NCBI GenBank assembly: GCA_039811145.1
Contig: JBDHYB010000013.1
Location: 749 to 64,748, forward strand
Direction of reading: 5' to 3'
DNA: 64,000 nt
DNA from: Chitinophagales bacterium
GTDB taxonomy: Bacteria > Bacteroidota > Bacteroidia > Chitinophagales > LD1
The notes under the pieces are model-generated. The model searched no databases and was not told the DNA's origin. It saw only the letters and a list, made by a program, of their open reading frames with translations. Numbering within the stretch: the stretch's first letter is position 1; every line of letters starts with the position of its first letter. Below, one piece after another: positions 1 through 10,102 of the stretch. The translations under genes were made by a program, and so were the position numbers.

Positions 1-459
1 GGTAGCAATTGCGCCGGCAACCCCTAAATAAACGAGGCCACAAGGCAAAAAGCCGTTTAAAACACCTACAGTAAACAGCGCCGAGTATCCTTTTTCCCGA
101 ATAAAATGTCCGAGCGAAGATTTTACTTTAGAGATTAAGCCCGACATGATTTTCGTCAGCCCCCAGCCGCTGGCGTATTTTTGCGGAAACAGAAGCAACG
201 CCAGAATAATGATACCTAAGGCTACTGATAATACCTGCTGGTAGCCGGCAAGGATAAACCCCTTACCCAACAAACCGAAAAGCAAACCGAAAAGCCCATA
301 AGTAAATATGCGCCCGAAGTTATAGGCCAATGTGCCTAAAACCCGTTTGGTGGTGCTTTGGTTGTTAAGTGGTAAGGCCATAGCAATAGGGCCGCACATT
401 CCCACACAGTGGAAACTGCCTAAAAAACCCAGTGATATGGCCGCCCAAAGGAATTCCAT
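1..459 (-). CDS. TauE/SafE-type (DsbD_2-like) integral membrane protein, 5' part only (C-terminus lies beyond the window edge)
   Basis: Absent from the ORF track because it is truncated. My own translation from the ATG at 459-457 gives MEFLWAAISLGFLGSFHCVGMCGPIAMALPLNNQ...NGFLPCGLVYLGVAGAIAT. It is a hydrophobic multi-TM protein with an HCxxMCGP motif. Its start overlaps the fixH stop. This family usually closes Bacteroidota cbb3 clusters. Confidence 0.7.
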   Translation of the reverse strand, partial: MEFLWAAISLGFLGSFHCVGMCGPIAMALPLNNQSTTKRVLGTLAYNFGRIFTYGLFGLLFGLLGKGFILAGYQQVLSVALGIIILALLLFPQKYASGWGLTKIMSGLISKVKSSLGHFIREKGYSALFTVGVLNGFLPCGLVYLGVAGAIAT

Positions 460-908
460 TAGTTTATGTTTATCTCGTTTTCGGTATAGTAAGCAACGCC
501 GTCAGCACTCCATTCCACCTGCATTTTATATTTACCCGGGGCAAACTTGTCAGATTGTATCTGGCAACTTCCGCTGGCATCGGGTGTGCAGCTAACGCTA
601 AAGTCGTTAGCGCTGTTGTTAGGGCGGTAGAACAGTATGTCTGCCTTTATTTGCTTGCCGCTAAGCTTTTCAGGAAACTTTACGCTTACCTTTTTTGCAT
701 TAACGGTGCAAACCAATGGCTCGCCTAAGGCATTGGCATTTTTCATTTTATCCAGTTGGTCCTGGTATTTTAACTCCTTGCCATAGTAATCGCTGGTTAC
801 CAGGTCAACAGATTGCCTGTTGGCTAACCACACCATCACTAGCATAAAGGCTACAAACACCGTGTAAACAAGCGCTATACCCCAACCCCAATTGAATTTC
901 TTAATCAT
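459..908 (-). CDS. FixH family protein (cbb3 oxidase maturation accessory)
   Basis: 149 aa with one N-terminal TM (NWGWGIALVYTVFVAFMLVMVWL) followed by DLVTSDYYGKELKYQ. It sits directly downstream of ccoG. Confidence 0.85.
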   Translation of the reverse strand: MIKKFNWGWGIALVYTVFVAFMLVMVWLANRQSVDLVTSDYYGKELKYQDQLDKMKNANALGEPLVCTVNAKKVSVKFPEKLSGKQIKADILFYRPNNSANDFSVSCTPDASGSCQIQSDKFAPGKYKMQVEWSADGVAYYTENEININ

Positions 909-913
909 ATAAT

Positions 914-2305
914 TTAATTTGCTGGTCCCAGAAATACAGTTTTAACCTGATCTATCTTTTTATCGCCCTGGTAAATTCCTATTTCAATTTTGTTTTTGCG
1001 CTGGTGTATTTTGGTTTTATCTACCAGTATAAAAAATACACCATCACCTATTGATTCTTTGCCAACTACCAGGTCCTTACCCACCATACTTATCTCGCCA
1101 CCTATATCGCTTTTTTCTATTTTAAGCGAAACGGGGAGCTCCTTGCGGGTTTTGTTAATCATCTTAATGTTATAGAGATTACTGACCTGTTCGCCGCGGT
1201 CCTGGTACATCATGCCCTGTGCGCGCATAACGTTGGTTTGAATATCCTTGCGCGTAAGCAACAAAGTGGCCAAAACCCCCACCAGAATTACCAATACAGT
1301 TGAGTAAGCAGCCGAACGGAAAGTGATTTTTACCTTCTCCTTTTTAGCAATGTTGTTTTCAGAGGCGTACCTGATAAGCCCGGTAGGCTTGTTCACGTGC
1401 TTCATAATGTCATCGCAGGCATCAATACATGCAGTGCAGTTAACACATTCCAATTGCGTACCGTTGCGTATATCTATACCTGTTGGGCACACACGCACAC
1501 AGGCGGCGCAGTCAACACAATCACCATGCTCTGTAGCATCGTTCTTTTTCATTTTGCCTCTTGGCTCACCGCGCATGTAATCGTAAGCCACCACAATAGA
1601 GTTGGGGTCTAACATTACGCCCTGCAGCCTGCCGTAAGGGCAAACAATAAGGCAGGCCTGTTCGCGAAACCACCAATAAACGAAGAAGAATACACTGGTG
1701 AAAATTACCAGTGGAATGAATACGCCGAGGTGAGGCGGTATACCTTCCTTCACATACAGCAACACATTATCCATACCAATTAGGTAGGCTAAAAAGTAAT
1801 TGGCTATAACAAAAGATATATCAAAGAACACAATGAACTTAAGAATGCGCTTCAGTGTCTTTTCTGCATTCCAGGGCATTACTGAAAGCTGGCGTTGTTT
1901 TTCGGCGTCGCCGTCAATCCAATATTCCACTTTGCGGAAAACCATTTCCATGAAAATGGTTTGAGGGCAAACCCACCCGCAAAATATGCGGCCGAACACA
2001 ACGGTGAAAAGAACTATGAATACAATGAACGTAAGGAAACCTATTACGAACAGGAAGAAATCCTGCGGCCAGAAGATGGTGCCGAAGAGAATGAACTTCC
2101 TATCGAGAATATTGAAGAGAAAAAGAGGTTCGTCTTGATACTTAATCCAGGGTAGGGCAAAGAACACCACCAGGTAAACCAGGCTTACTATGGTACGTGC
2201 ATTGTATAATTTACCGTGTGGTTTTTTCGCAAATATCCAGTTGCGACTACCTTCTTCGGTAATTGTATTAATTGAATCCCTGAATTCTTCACTACGAACG
2301 CTCAT
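914..2305 (-). CDS. ccoG: cytochrome c oxidase accessory protein CcoG (4Fe-4S ferredoxin-type membrane protein)
   Basis: 463 aa with several TM helices and two ferredoxin-type cysteine clusters (CVDCAACVRVCP, CVNCTACIDACD). It lies in the cbb3 cluster. Confidence 0.9.
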   Translation of the reverse strand: MSVRSEEFRDSINTITEEGSRNWIFAKKPHGKLYNARTIVSLVYLVVFFALPWIKYQDEPLFLFNILDRKFILFGTIFWPQDFFLFVIGFLTFIVFIVLFTVVFGRIFCGWVCPQTIFMEMVFRKVEYWIDGDAEKQRQLSVMPWNAEKTLKRILKFIVFFDISFVIANYFLAYLIGMDNVLLYVKEGIPPHLGVFIPLVIFTSVFFFVYWWFREQACLIVCPYGRLQGVMLDPNSIVVAYDYMRGEPRGKMKKNDATEHGDCVDCAACVRVCPTGIDIRNGTQLECVNCTACIDACDDIMKHVNKPTGLIRYASENNIAKKEKVKITFRSAAYSTVLVILVGVLATLLLTRKDIQTNVMRAQGMMYQDRGEQVSNLYNIKMINKTRKELPVSLKIEKSDIGGEISMVGKDLVVGKESIGDGVFFILVDKTKIHQRKNKIEIGIYQGDKKIDQVKTVFLGPAN

Positions 2306-2339
2306 ATTTCTTCACTTAGTATTATTCACTTATACCACA

Positions 2340-3488
2340 CTATTTTGCTGCAGTGCTCGCAGAGTCGGTAGCCACTGCGGCAGTTGAATCGGTTGCTGCT
2401 GTGGTGGCTGCACCACCTTCAACATAAAGCGTACCTTCGGCTGCCTTAGCATTGGCAGGATTGGTGCCGCGTATTGATTTGATGTAGCTAACAACGTTTT
2501 TGATCTCCTCTGGCTTTAAGTCAGCTTCCCATGATTTCATGCCTTTTGCCGGCCAACCGTATTTAACTGATTTGAAAACCTCGCTCATTGACCCACCGTG
2601 AATCCAGTAGTCGTCAGTAAGGTTAGGGCCAACTACGCCTTCGCCGTTTTCGCCATGGCATGGCTTACAGTTAGTAGTGTAAATGGTTTTACCTTCAGCA
2701 ATACCGGCGGCATCGGCCATGGTTACGCTGTTTTCATCAACCTTGGCAGGGTGCGCTTTAATGTAAGCTGCAACTTCTGCTTTTCCTTTCTCCATTTCAG
2801 CTACAAATTCATCGTGGCTTGAAGGACCGCTGCCGATATGGTAATAAATCAGGTAAGCAATTGCCCATACAATAGAGATGTAGAAACTGTATTTCCACCA
2901 TGGTGGCAGGTTGTTATCCAACTCTTTAATGCCATCGTAATTGTGGTCCAACAGAATGTCCTTTTCTTTTTCAATAGAAACTGAGGCATTGAAGTTGTCG
3001 AGGAACTGAGGGATAACCTTTTCTTCAGCTGCTTTTGAATCGGCAGGTACCAGTGAGCCTAACATTCTGCGAATGCGGAATAACAGGATAATAACTGAAG
3101 TTAAAAGTGCGATTAGCACAACTGCAGCCATAACCAGGTTCCAATCGCCAAAGGCAGATTCAGCTGCCGGGGTAGCAGCCGGTGCTGCATCCTGGCCAAA
3201 CGCAACAGAAGTGATAAGCAGCAGGGCTATTACTGCAGCAGTTTTAGACTGCGCCGCTACGGCCTTGGCTACGTTTACCAGCACATTGCCCAGTAACATT
3301 ACTGCTACCAGCAGTACGGCCATTACACCTATAATCATCCACCACAGCAGGCTAACGCTATCGGTAGCTGCTTCTGCAACTGGTGCGGCTGCGGGCGCTG
3401 CCTGTGCCATAGCGGCAAGGCTGCCCAGGATAGGAACAACGGTAACGATTGTTCTTTTAAATCTTATATTATTAAATAATAGCATCAT
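2340..3488 (-). CDS. ccoP: cbb3-type cytochrome c oxidase subunit III-like (CcoP/FixP_N domain, mono-haem) with a long Ala/Pro-rich N-terminal extension
   Basis: Carries the FixP_N motif DHNYDGIKELDNNLPPWW and a single CKPCH haem c site. About 170 aa of TM plus Ala-rich modules precede it. Confidence 0.8.
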   Translation of the reverse strand: MMLLFNNIRFKRTIVTVVPILGSLAAMAQAAPAAAPVAEAATDSVSLLWWMIIGVMAVLLVAVMLLGNVLVNVAKAVAAQSKTAAVIALLLITSVAFGQDAAPAATPAAESAFGDWNLVMAAVVLIALLTSVIILLFRIRRMLGSLVPADSKAAEEKVIPQFLDNFNASVSIEKEKDILLDHNYDGIKELDNNLPPWWKYSFYISIVWAIAYLIYYHIGSGPSSHDEFVAEMEKGKAEVAAYIKAHPAKVDENSVTMADAAGIAEGKTIYTTNCKPCHGENGEGVVGPNLTDDYWIHGGSMSEVFKSVKYGWPAKGMKSWEADLKPEEIKNVVSYIKSIRGTNPANAKAAEGTLYVEGGAATTAATDSTAAVATDSASTAAK

Positions 3489-3508
3489 GGTCTATCAGAT
3501 TTATAGTT

Positions 3509-3691
3509 TTATTTAATCTTTTCACTCTCGTCAAAGGGCAACTCGGTTAACTCTTTTATATAGCCTTTATCCGCGCGCAGGGCAAACCAAACCATACTGA
3601 TGAATACTATAAGAAACAACAGCATGGCTATTTTGGGGTAAACCTCGGCGCCATTAAGCGTTTCGGCATATTTTTTTATGAATGAAAACAT
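3509..3691 (-). CDS. CcoQ/FixQ-like small membrane subunit
   Basis: 60 aa with one TM helix (IAMLLFLIVFISMVWFAL). It sits between ccoNO and ccoP. Confidence 0.6.
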   Translation of the reverse strand: MFSFIKKYAETLNGAEVYPKIAMLLFLIVFISMVWFALRADKGYIKELTELPFDESEKIK

Positions 3692-3710
3692 AGCTGCCTT
3701 TTTTAATGGG

Positions 3711-5858
3711 TTATTTTAATTCTGAAGTTTGTTCGCTTGCAGTTTGGCTGTAAACATCTTTACCAAGACGTTGCAGGTAAGCTATCAATGCAATGATTTC
3801 TTTCTTTTCAGAAGTCTGGATTTTATCCTCTTTCAGGCTGGCTTGTATTTGTTGCGCCTGCTTTTCCAAATCATCGTTAGCTATTTTATCGTAGCCTGCA
3901 GGATAAGGAACACCTAAGGTTTGCATAGCGCGTATTTTAGCGCCGGTGTTGCTTACATCCAGGTCACGGTCTAACAGGTGAGGATATGGAGGCATAATAG
4001 AGCCAGGGCTCATTTGACGAGGGTCTTCCATGTGGTTGTAGTGCCATGAATCGCGTTTTTTAGCGTTGCCTACTCCTTCGCGTGCTAAATCGGGTCCGGT
4101 TCTTTTTGAACCCCACTGGAATGGGTGGTCATAAACGAATTCGCCGGCTTTAGAGTATTCGCCATAGCGGGCTACTTCTGAGCGGAACGGACGAACCATC
4201 TGGCTGTGGCACACATAGCAACCTTCTCTTACATAGATATCGCGGCCTTGTAACTCAAGCGGAGTGTAAGGCTTAACACTAGCGATTGTAGGGATGTTTG
4301 ATTTGATAAGGAACGTAGGTATAAACTCGATGATACCGCCTATGGCTACCATAATGAAGGCAACGACCAGCATTTGCACCGGCTTTCTTTCAATCCAACG
4401 GTGCCAGTGTTCGCCACTGTGTGCATGGTATTCGCCGCTAAGTGCAGGTGCTTCAGCTTCTTCTTCAGCCAGGAATGAACCCTGTGCTGCAGTTTTAACC
4501 AGGTTGTAAACACCAACACAGGCTGCAATCAGGTATAAAGCGCCACCAAACGCACGCATGTAATACATAGGCATTACGTTGGTAAGGGTATCAAGGAAGT
4601 TAGGGTAAAGCAGGTTACCTTCAGGGGTAAATTGCTTAAGCATTAAGGCTTGTGTAAAGCCGGCTATATACATTGGTATAGCGTAGAACAGTATACCAAG
4701 TGTACCTAACCAGAAGTGAATGTTGGCCAGTTTGCGGCTGTAAAGTTCAGTGCGGAACATTTTCGGGATGATCCAGAAAAGAATACCGAAGGTTAAGAAA
4801 CCGTTCCAGCCAAGGGCACCTACGTGCACGTGGGCAATGGTCCAGTCAGTAAAGTGTGAAATGGCGTTTACGCTTTTTACTGAAAGCATCGGGCCTTCAA
4901 AAGTTGACATACCGTAAGCGGTAACAGCAACTACGTAAAATTTTAAAACAACATCATCACGCACTTTATCCCATGCACCACGCAGGGTTAAAAGACCGTT
5001 GATCATACCACCCCAGCTTGGCATTATAAGCATAACAGAGAAAACGGTACCCAGTGATTGGGCCCAGTCTGGCAATGCAGTGTATAACAAGTGGTGAGGG
5101 CCTGCCCATATGTAAAGGAATATAAGCGCCCAGAAGTGGATGATAGAAAGGCGGTAAGAATAAACCGGGCGGCCTGCAGCCTTAGGCAGGAAGTAATACA
5201 TTAAGCCCAGGTAAGGAGTGGTAAGGAAGAATGCCACCGCATTGTGCCCGTACCACCACTGTACCAGAGCGTCCTGTACACCGGCGTAGAGTGAATAACT
5301 TTTGAAAAGTGATATTGGTAATTCAAATGAGTTAACGATGTGCAACATGGCCACAGTAATCCAGGTGGCGATGAAGAACCAAATAGCCACGTAAAGGTGT
5401 CTTTCGCGGCGGGTAAGTATGGTACCAAACATGTTTACACCAAACACAACCCATACAAGGGTTATCAGAATGTCAATGGGCCATTCCAACTCGGCGTATT
5501 CTTTACCGGTAGTAATACCCAATACTAAGGTTAGCGCGGCGCACACAATTATAAACTGCCACATCCAAAAGTGGATATTGCTGAGCGCCTTGCTCCACAT
5601 TGGCGTTTTGGTTAAGCGTGGCAGAGCGTAGTAAACGCCCATAAAAATACCGTTCCCCACAAATGCAAAAATCACCGCGTTGGTGTGCAACGGGCGAAGC
5701 CTGCCGAAGGCCAGGTATTCCATTAGGTTTAATTGGGGAAAAATGAGTTGCAGTGCGATAATTAACCCAACCAGCATGCCTACCAGTCCCCAGATAAAGG
5801 AGGCGAAGCCGAAGTTTCTCACAATTCGGTTATCGTACTTAAATTTCTCTACTTCCAT
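3711..5858 (-). CDS. ccoN: cbb3-type cytochrome c oxidase, fused subunits I and II (CcoNO)
   Basis: 715 aa. The N-terminal part is a haem-copper oxidase polytopic core with His-rich helices (RPLHTNAV, WAGPHHL, WTIAHVHVGALGW). The C-terminal part is CcoO-like with a CYVCHSQMVRP haem c site. Confidence 0.95.
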   Translation of the reverse strand: MEVEKFKYDNRIVRNFGFASFIWGLVGMLVGLIIALQLIFPQLNLMEYLAFGRLRPLHTNAVIFAFVGNGIFMGVYYALPRLTKTPMWSKALSNIHFWMWQFIIVCAALTLVLGITTGKEYAELEWPIDILITLVWVVFGVNMFGTILTRRERHLYVAIWFFIATWITVAMLHIVNSFELPISLFKSYSLYAGVQDALVQWWYGHNAVAFFLTTPYLGLMYYFLPKAAGRPVYSYRLSIIHFWALIFLYIWAGPHHLLYTALPDWAQSLGTVFSVMLIMPSWGGMINGLLTLRGAWDKVRDDVVLKFYVVAVTAYGMSTFEGPMLSVKSVNAISHFTDWTIAHVHVGALGWNGFLTFGILFWIIPKMFRTELYSRKLANIHFWLGTLGILFYAIPMYIAGFTQALMLKQFTPEGNLLYPNFLDTLTNVMPMYYMRAFGGALYLIAACVGVYNLVKTAAQGSFLAEEEAEAPALSGEYHAHSGEHWHRWIERKPVQMLVVAFIMVAIGGIIEFIPTFLIKSNIPTIASVKPYTPLELQGRDIYVREGCYVCHSQMVRPFRSEVARYGEYSKAGEFVYDHPFQWGSKRTGPDLAREGVGNAKKRDSWHYNHMEDPRQMSPGSIMPPYPHLLDRDLDVSNTGAKIRAMQTLGVPYPAGYDKIANDDLEKQAQQIQASLKEDKIQTSEKKEIIALIAYLQRLGKDVYSQTASEQTSELK

Positions 5859-5861
5859 ACT

Positions 5862-6032
5862 CTACTTTTTAGTTTTAGCGGGTGAAGACTTTAAATCATT
5901 TTCGAATAATATCCGTACTGAGGGGGTATAGTCGTCATCAAACTGGCCACTCTTTACACTTTGCAAAAAGGCTATGAGGAACCCGATTGCGAGTAAAAGA
6001 CTGGCTCCGATTAAAATGAACAACACACTCAT
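5862..6032 (-). CDS. ccoS: cbb3 oxidase maturation protein CcoS (56 aa, below the ORF-track cutoff)
   Basis: My own translation gives MSVLFILIGASLLLAIGFLIAFLQSVKSGQFDDDYTPSVRILFENDLKSSPAKTKK. It has one TM plus the GQFDD motif typical of CcoS. The stop lies 4 nt before the ccoNO ATG. Confidence 0.8.
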   Translation of the reverse strand: MSVLFILIGASLLLAIGFLIAFLQSVKSGQFDDDYTPSVRILFENDLKSSPAKTKK

Positions 6033-6102
6033 ACTGAAATTTTCAACGTCAAAATTAGATGCGCGTTAGGCGTAAGCTTATGACCTTTACCCGTATAGGG
6101 TA

Positions 6103-6116
6103 CTGATTAAAATCAG
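6103..6116. promoter_or_regulatory. FNR/FixK-like box cTGATtaaaATCAg upstream of ccoS-ccoNO
   Basis: Near-palindrome matching TTGAT-N4-ATCAA at 8 of 10 positions. A TAATTTTG (TAnnTTTG) -7 element lies on the minus strand at 6057-6050, about 18 nt before the ccoS ATG. Confidence 0.35.
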
Positions 6117-8537
6117 TTAGTAGCCACGGCGTTTGGCAGCCAGTGAGGATGACAGCGTGGTAAAGCTTATAATGGTTACAGAACTAAGCGGCATTATGAT
6201 TGCTGCTACTATGGGGCTCATAGTGCCCTGCACGGCCAGATATATGCCAACAAGGTTATATACCAGCGATATGCCAAAGCTGGCTATTATGATTTTGACC
6301 CCATCCTTAGCATAGGCCAGCATTTGGTCCATGCGTTCAAACCCGGACGCCTCAATTATACCATCGCAGGCTGGGGAGAAGTTGTTTACATTATCTGAAA
6401 TAGCCAGGCCTACATTGGCCTGTTTTAAGGCACCGGCATCGTTAAGCCCGTCGCCTACCATCATAACCTGCTCATGTTTTTGTTCCACCAGTTCTTTAAC
6501 AAACATCAGCTTATCTGCCGGTTGTTGGTGGAATATCAGGTTGTCGGCGCTTATATATTGGCCCAGGAAATTTTTCTCGGCATCGTTATCGCCACTTACT
6601 ACGTACAGTTTAAACTTGTTTCTAAGTGTGGTCATCAGGTTGCCGAAACCTTTGCGGTATTCGTTCTTAATAAGGAAGAAGCCCTTAATATTGCCATTAA
6701 TGCCAATGTAAATTTTGGAGGCATGTCTGAAATCGGAAATAGGAGAGGATGAGCCGCTGTTATCGCCATATAGGTACTTTTTAGAACCGATACGTACACA
6801 GTTTTCATCTACCCAACCTTCAATACCTTTCCCTTCAATTTCTTTAAAGTCGGTAGTGTCAATCAGTTTTACCTCTTTCAATAAATCGTAAACCTTACGG
6901 CTAAGCGGGTGAGAGGAGTGGTAGGTAAGCGATTTTACCAATTGCAATTCGTAAGGTGTAAGGGCCTCGCCATGAAAATCGATACTTGCCGTTTTGGTAT
7001 TGGTAAGGGTACCGGTTTTATCAAATACGATGGAGTTAATGCGCGCCATTTTTTCGATAACCAGTGCATTTTTCAGATAAACTTTATTGCGGCTTAAGCG
7101 ACGTAGCACGTTGCCCAGTGTAAAAGGAGAGGACAGCGCGAGCGCACAAGGGCAGGTAATGATAAGTACCGAGGTAAATGCGTTAAGCGCTTTATGTAAA
7201 TCCTTATTCCACCAAAACAGCATAGCGGCAGTGGCAATACCAATTACTATTGGCGTAAACCATTTACTTACCTGTGTTGCCAGTGAGGTTATTTGCCTGT
7301 CTGCATTTTCTTTGTTAAAGGCGGCATCATTCCAAAGCTGGGTAAGGTAACTGTGGCTAACTTCTTTTGTTACTTCAACTTCTATAGCGGCGCCTATGTG
7401 CTTGCCGCCGGCGTAAATTACATCGCCGCTGGCTTTACTTAGTGGGGTGGCTTCGCCGGTTACAAAGCTATAGTCAATATTCCCTTTCCCTTTTATCAGT
7501 ACCGAATCGGCAGGCACTAATTCCTGGTTGCGAAGCAACAGCCTGTCGCCAACGCGCACCTTGGTTAAAGGAATGGAACTTTCAATTCCGTTATTAACGG
7601 TGGTTACTGCAATGGGGAAATAGGATTTATAATCGCGCTCAAACGAAAGCGCATCGTACGTTTTGTTTTGAAACAAACGGCCGATAAGCATAAGCAGAAT
7701 AAGGCTGCCCAGTGTATCGAAATAACCCGCACCGGTTTGGCTGAATATTTCGTAAGTACTGCGCGCAAACATGGCAATGATCCCCAATACAATGGGGATG
7801 TCCATGTTAAGTGTTTTTTGTTTTAAAGCATTGTAAGCTGAAGAGAAAAACTCTGAAGCACAATAAAACATTACCGGCAAGGCAAGCACAAAATTCAGGT
7901 AACCGAAGAACCTGCGGAAAGGAGATTCGGTTAGCGCATTAATGCCGAGGTATTCAGGAAAGCTGAGGAGCATTATGTTACCGAAAGCGAAAAAGGCAAT
8001 ACCGATTTTTAGATAGTACCTGCGGATGTGGTCGCTTTTTTCTTTGCGCTCAAGATCGTTAAGGTTTATGTTGGGCTCGTAACCTATTGATACCAACAAT
8101 TCTACTACCTGCCTTAAGCTAAGGATGGAGTTATCAAATGTAATGTGCACTTCACGTTTCATAAAGTTTACATTACTGCGGCTAATGCCTTGCTTAAGCC
8201 TGTATAGATTTTCTAACAGGTATATGCACGAACTACAATGTATTTGGGGGATGTAGAAAGTGGCAGTGCTTATTTTGCCATCGGTAAATTGTATAAGTTT
8301 TGACTTTACCAGCTCATCATCCAGGTAGGCAAAACGGGTTTTATGTACTTCACGGTTTAGCGAGGTTCCCGGTGTATTGTTGAGGTCGTAGTAGTTGCAT
8401 AGGTTGTTTTCACTGAGTACTTCGTAAACGGTTTTGCAGCCCTGGCAACAGAAGGTTTTATCATTAAAGTGGATTTCTTCTTTGCAGTCCTCTCCACAGT
8501 GGTAGCAATGCTGAATATTGGTAATCGCTTTTGTCAA
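6117..8537 (-). CDS. ccoI: heavy-metal (copper) translocating P-type ATPase, CcoI/FixI type
   Basis: 806 aa. It has an N-terminal Cys-rich domain (CYHCGEDC...CCQGCKTVYE), a CPC transmembrane motif (ITCPCALAL), the DKTGTLT phosphorylation site and a GDGLNDAGAL hinge. Confidence 0.9.
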   Translation of the reverse strand: MTKAITNIQHCYHCGEDCKEEIHFNDKTFCCQGCKTVYEVLSENNLCNYYDLNNTPGTSLNREVHKTRFAYLDDELVKSKLIQFTDGKISTATFYIPQIHCSSCIYLLENLYRLKQGISRSNVNFMKREVHITFDNSILSLRQVVELLVSIGYEPNINLNDLERKEKSDHIRRYYLKIGIAFFAFGNIMLLSFPEYLGINALTESPFRRFFGYLNFVLALPVMFYCASEFFSSAYNALKQKTLNMDIPIVLGIIAMFARSTYEIFSQTGAGYFDTLGSLILLMLIGRLFQNKTYDALSFERDYKSYFPIAVTTVNNGIESSIPLTKVRVGDRLLLRNQELVPADSVLIKGKGNIDYSFVTGEATPLSKASGDVIYAGGKHIGAAIEVEVTKEVSHSYLTQLWNDAAFNKENADRQITSLATQVSKWFTPIVIGIATAAMLFWWNKDLHKALNAFTSVLIITCPCALALSSPFTLGNVLRRLSRNKVYLKNALVIEKMARINSIVFDKTGTLTNTKTASIDFHGEALTPYELQLVKSLTYHSSHPLSRKVYDLLKEVKLIDTTDFKEIEGKGIEGWVDENCVRIGSKKYLYGDNSGSSSPISDFRHASKIYIGINGNIKGFFLIKNEYRKGFGNLMTTLRNKFKLYVVSGDNDAEKNFLGQYISADNLIFHQQPADKLMFVKELVEQKHEQVMMVGDGLNDAGALKQANVGLAISDNVNNFSPACDGIIEASGFERMDQMLAYAKDGVKIIIASFGISLVYNLVGIYLAVQGTMSPIVAAIIMPLSSVTIISFTTLSSSLAAKRRGY

Positions 8538-8590
8538 TGTAATAGCCCTCTTTTTTTACAAATAACGGCTTGTGTATGACAAGTGGTTCA

Positions 8591-8625
8591 TGATAAAAGT
8601 CAGGGTTTTGGCTGATTTCGGTCAA
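8591..8625. promoter_or_regulatory. two tandem FNR/FixK-like boxes (TGATaaaaGTCA at 8591-8602, TGATttcgGTCAA at 8613-8625)
   Basis: The two boxes are 22 bp apart centre to centre. They lie in the divergent ccoI / histidine kinase intergenic region. Confidence 0.35.
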
Positions 8626-8681
8626 AACAAAAAAACTTTAATACATGGGTGGCGTATAGGCATGAAACGTGATCTGATTTT

Positions 8682-10100
8682 ATGCAACTGAATTTAACCA
8701 AAAACCAACAGCCGTTAAACGTTCCATCGCAAGGCATGCGCTTTTCGATGGCGGGTGTAAAACAACTTTGGCAGAAGTTTGTGAACACAGGGGTAGATGC
8801 GGCTTTACCAAAAGATGAAGTGCGCTATGTGCATTTTACGAACATCATTGCGCTTTTAACCATTGTGGCGGCTGCCTCTTACATACCGTTTTCAGTATAC
8901 CAGGGCGAATGGGCGCTGGCCTTAAAGCAGGTTATTGATGTGGCCTGCATAAGCATGGTTATTTGGTTTAACTACAGAAAAATGTATATGCCTGCGCGGT
9001 ATGCTTACATAGTTTTGGTAAACATTGTGCTGCTGCTTAACGCCTTAATGATTGGCCACCAGGCAAAGGTGCATGAGTTTTTTTATATCAGCTACATGGT
9101 TCCTTTCCTGTTGTTCAGGGTTAAGGACTATATGAAGATCGTGCTGGGATTGGTTATAGTATTATCATTTCTTGACTTCTACTACAACCTGTATCCCAAC
9201 TTTACCGCTTATAATTTAGCTATTGATTTGCAGCAGCAGCTTGCGTGGGGCAATGCGGTAGTTAAGTTTGGCTTGTTTGGCATTGCCATATACCTGTTGG
9301 CGTATTACAACTACGAAAGTGAAGTTCAGCTAGAAAAGGCAAACCATGATTTAACCGAGCACAGTATGGAATTGGAGCAGAGCAATGCCGACCTTGAGCA
9401 GTTCGCTTATATTATTTCGCACGACCTTAAAACCCCGGTAAGGAACATCAGCAGCTTTCTGGACCTGTTGGCCCAGCGTTACGGAAGCAGTATTGACCAA
9501 AACGGAATGGACTACATCAACTTTAGCCGTAGCGGTGCGGTGCGCCTGGCGCGTCAAATTGATAGCTTATTGGTGTACTCAAGAATAGGAAAAAATTTAC
9601 CCCCGGTAGGCCAGGTTAATATAGCTGATGTGCTTAGCGGCCTGCAGATTGAGATGCGGGATAAGATAAAGGCTACCAGGGCTATTGTTACCACCAGCCG
9701 TCAATTGCCCAGTGTTAATTATGTGCATTCGGGCCTGGTTATGCAAGTGTTCCGTCAGTTACTGGATAACGCCATAAAGTTTAATAAAAGCGAAGCGCCG
9801 CAGGTTGCTGTTAATTGGGAAGAGGATGAGCATAAATATACCTTCTCGGTTGCTGATAACGGAATAGGTATTGATAACCAATACAGCACTAAGTTGTTTC
9901 ACATCTTCAGGAGGCTGCATGGCGAGGGCGAATACGAAGGCTCAGGAACAGGCCTGGCCATTTGCAAAAAGATACTGAACATTTACAAAGGCAGTATTTG
10001 GTATAAAGGCGAGCCCGGAAAGGGAACCACCTTTTACTTTACCATACCCAAGGCAGATCCTTTTGTGCAGCCGATGCAGCAGTTAGGTAAGGCGGCTTAG
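8682..10100 (+). CDS. membrane sensor histidine kinase (polytopic N-terminus, HisKA, HATPase_c)
   Basis: 472 aa with about 6 TM helices. It has the H-box FAYIISHDLKTPVRNI, an N-box LLDNAIKF, and G-boxes DNGIGID and GTGLAICKK. The start could instead be an internal Met at about 8739. Confidence 0.85.
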   Translation: MQLNLTKNQQPLNVPSQGMRFSMAGVKQLWQKFVNTGVDAALPKDEVRYVHFTNIIALLTIVAAASYIPFSVYQGEWALALKQVIDVACISMVIWFNYRKMYMPARYAYIVLVNIVLLLNALMIGHQAKVHEFFYISYMVPFLLFRVKDYMKIVLGLVIVLSFLDFYYNLYPNFTAYNLAIDLQQQLAWGNAVVKFGLFGIAIYLLAYYNYESEVQLEKANHDLTEHSMELEQSNADLEQFAYIISHDLKTPVRNISSFLDLLAQRYGSSIDQNGMDYINFSRSGAVRLARQIDSLLVYSRIGKNLPPVGQVNIADVLSGLQIEMRDKIKATRAIVTTSRQLPSVNYVHSGLVMQVFRQLLDNAIKFNKSEAPQVAVNWEEDEHKYTFSVADNGIGIDNQYSTKLFHIFRRLHGEGEYEGSGTGLAICKKILNIYKGSIWYKGEPGKGTTFYFTIPKADPFVQPMQQLGKAA

Positions 10101-10102
10101 GT

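Noticed and set aside
3073-3516. 147-aa plus-strand ORF antisense to ccoP
   Set aside because: It is the mirror frame of the Ala-rich ccoP extension and has an Ala/Thr/Ser low-complexity composition. The ccoP frame has real motifs (FixP_N, CxxCH).
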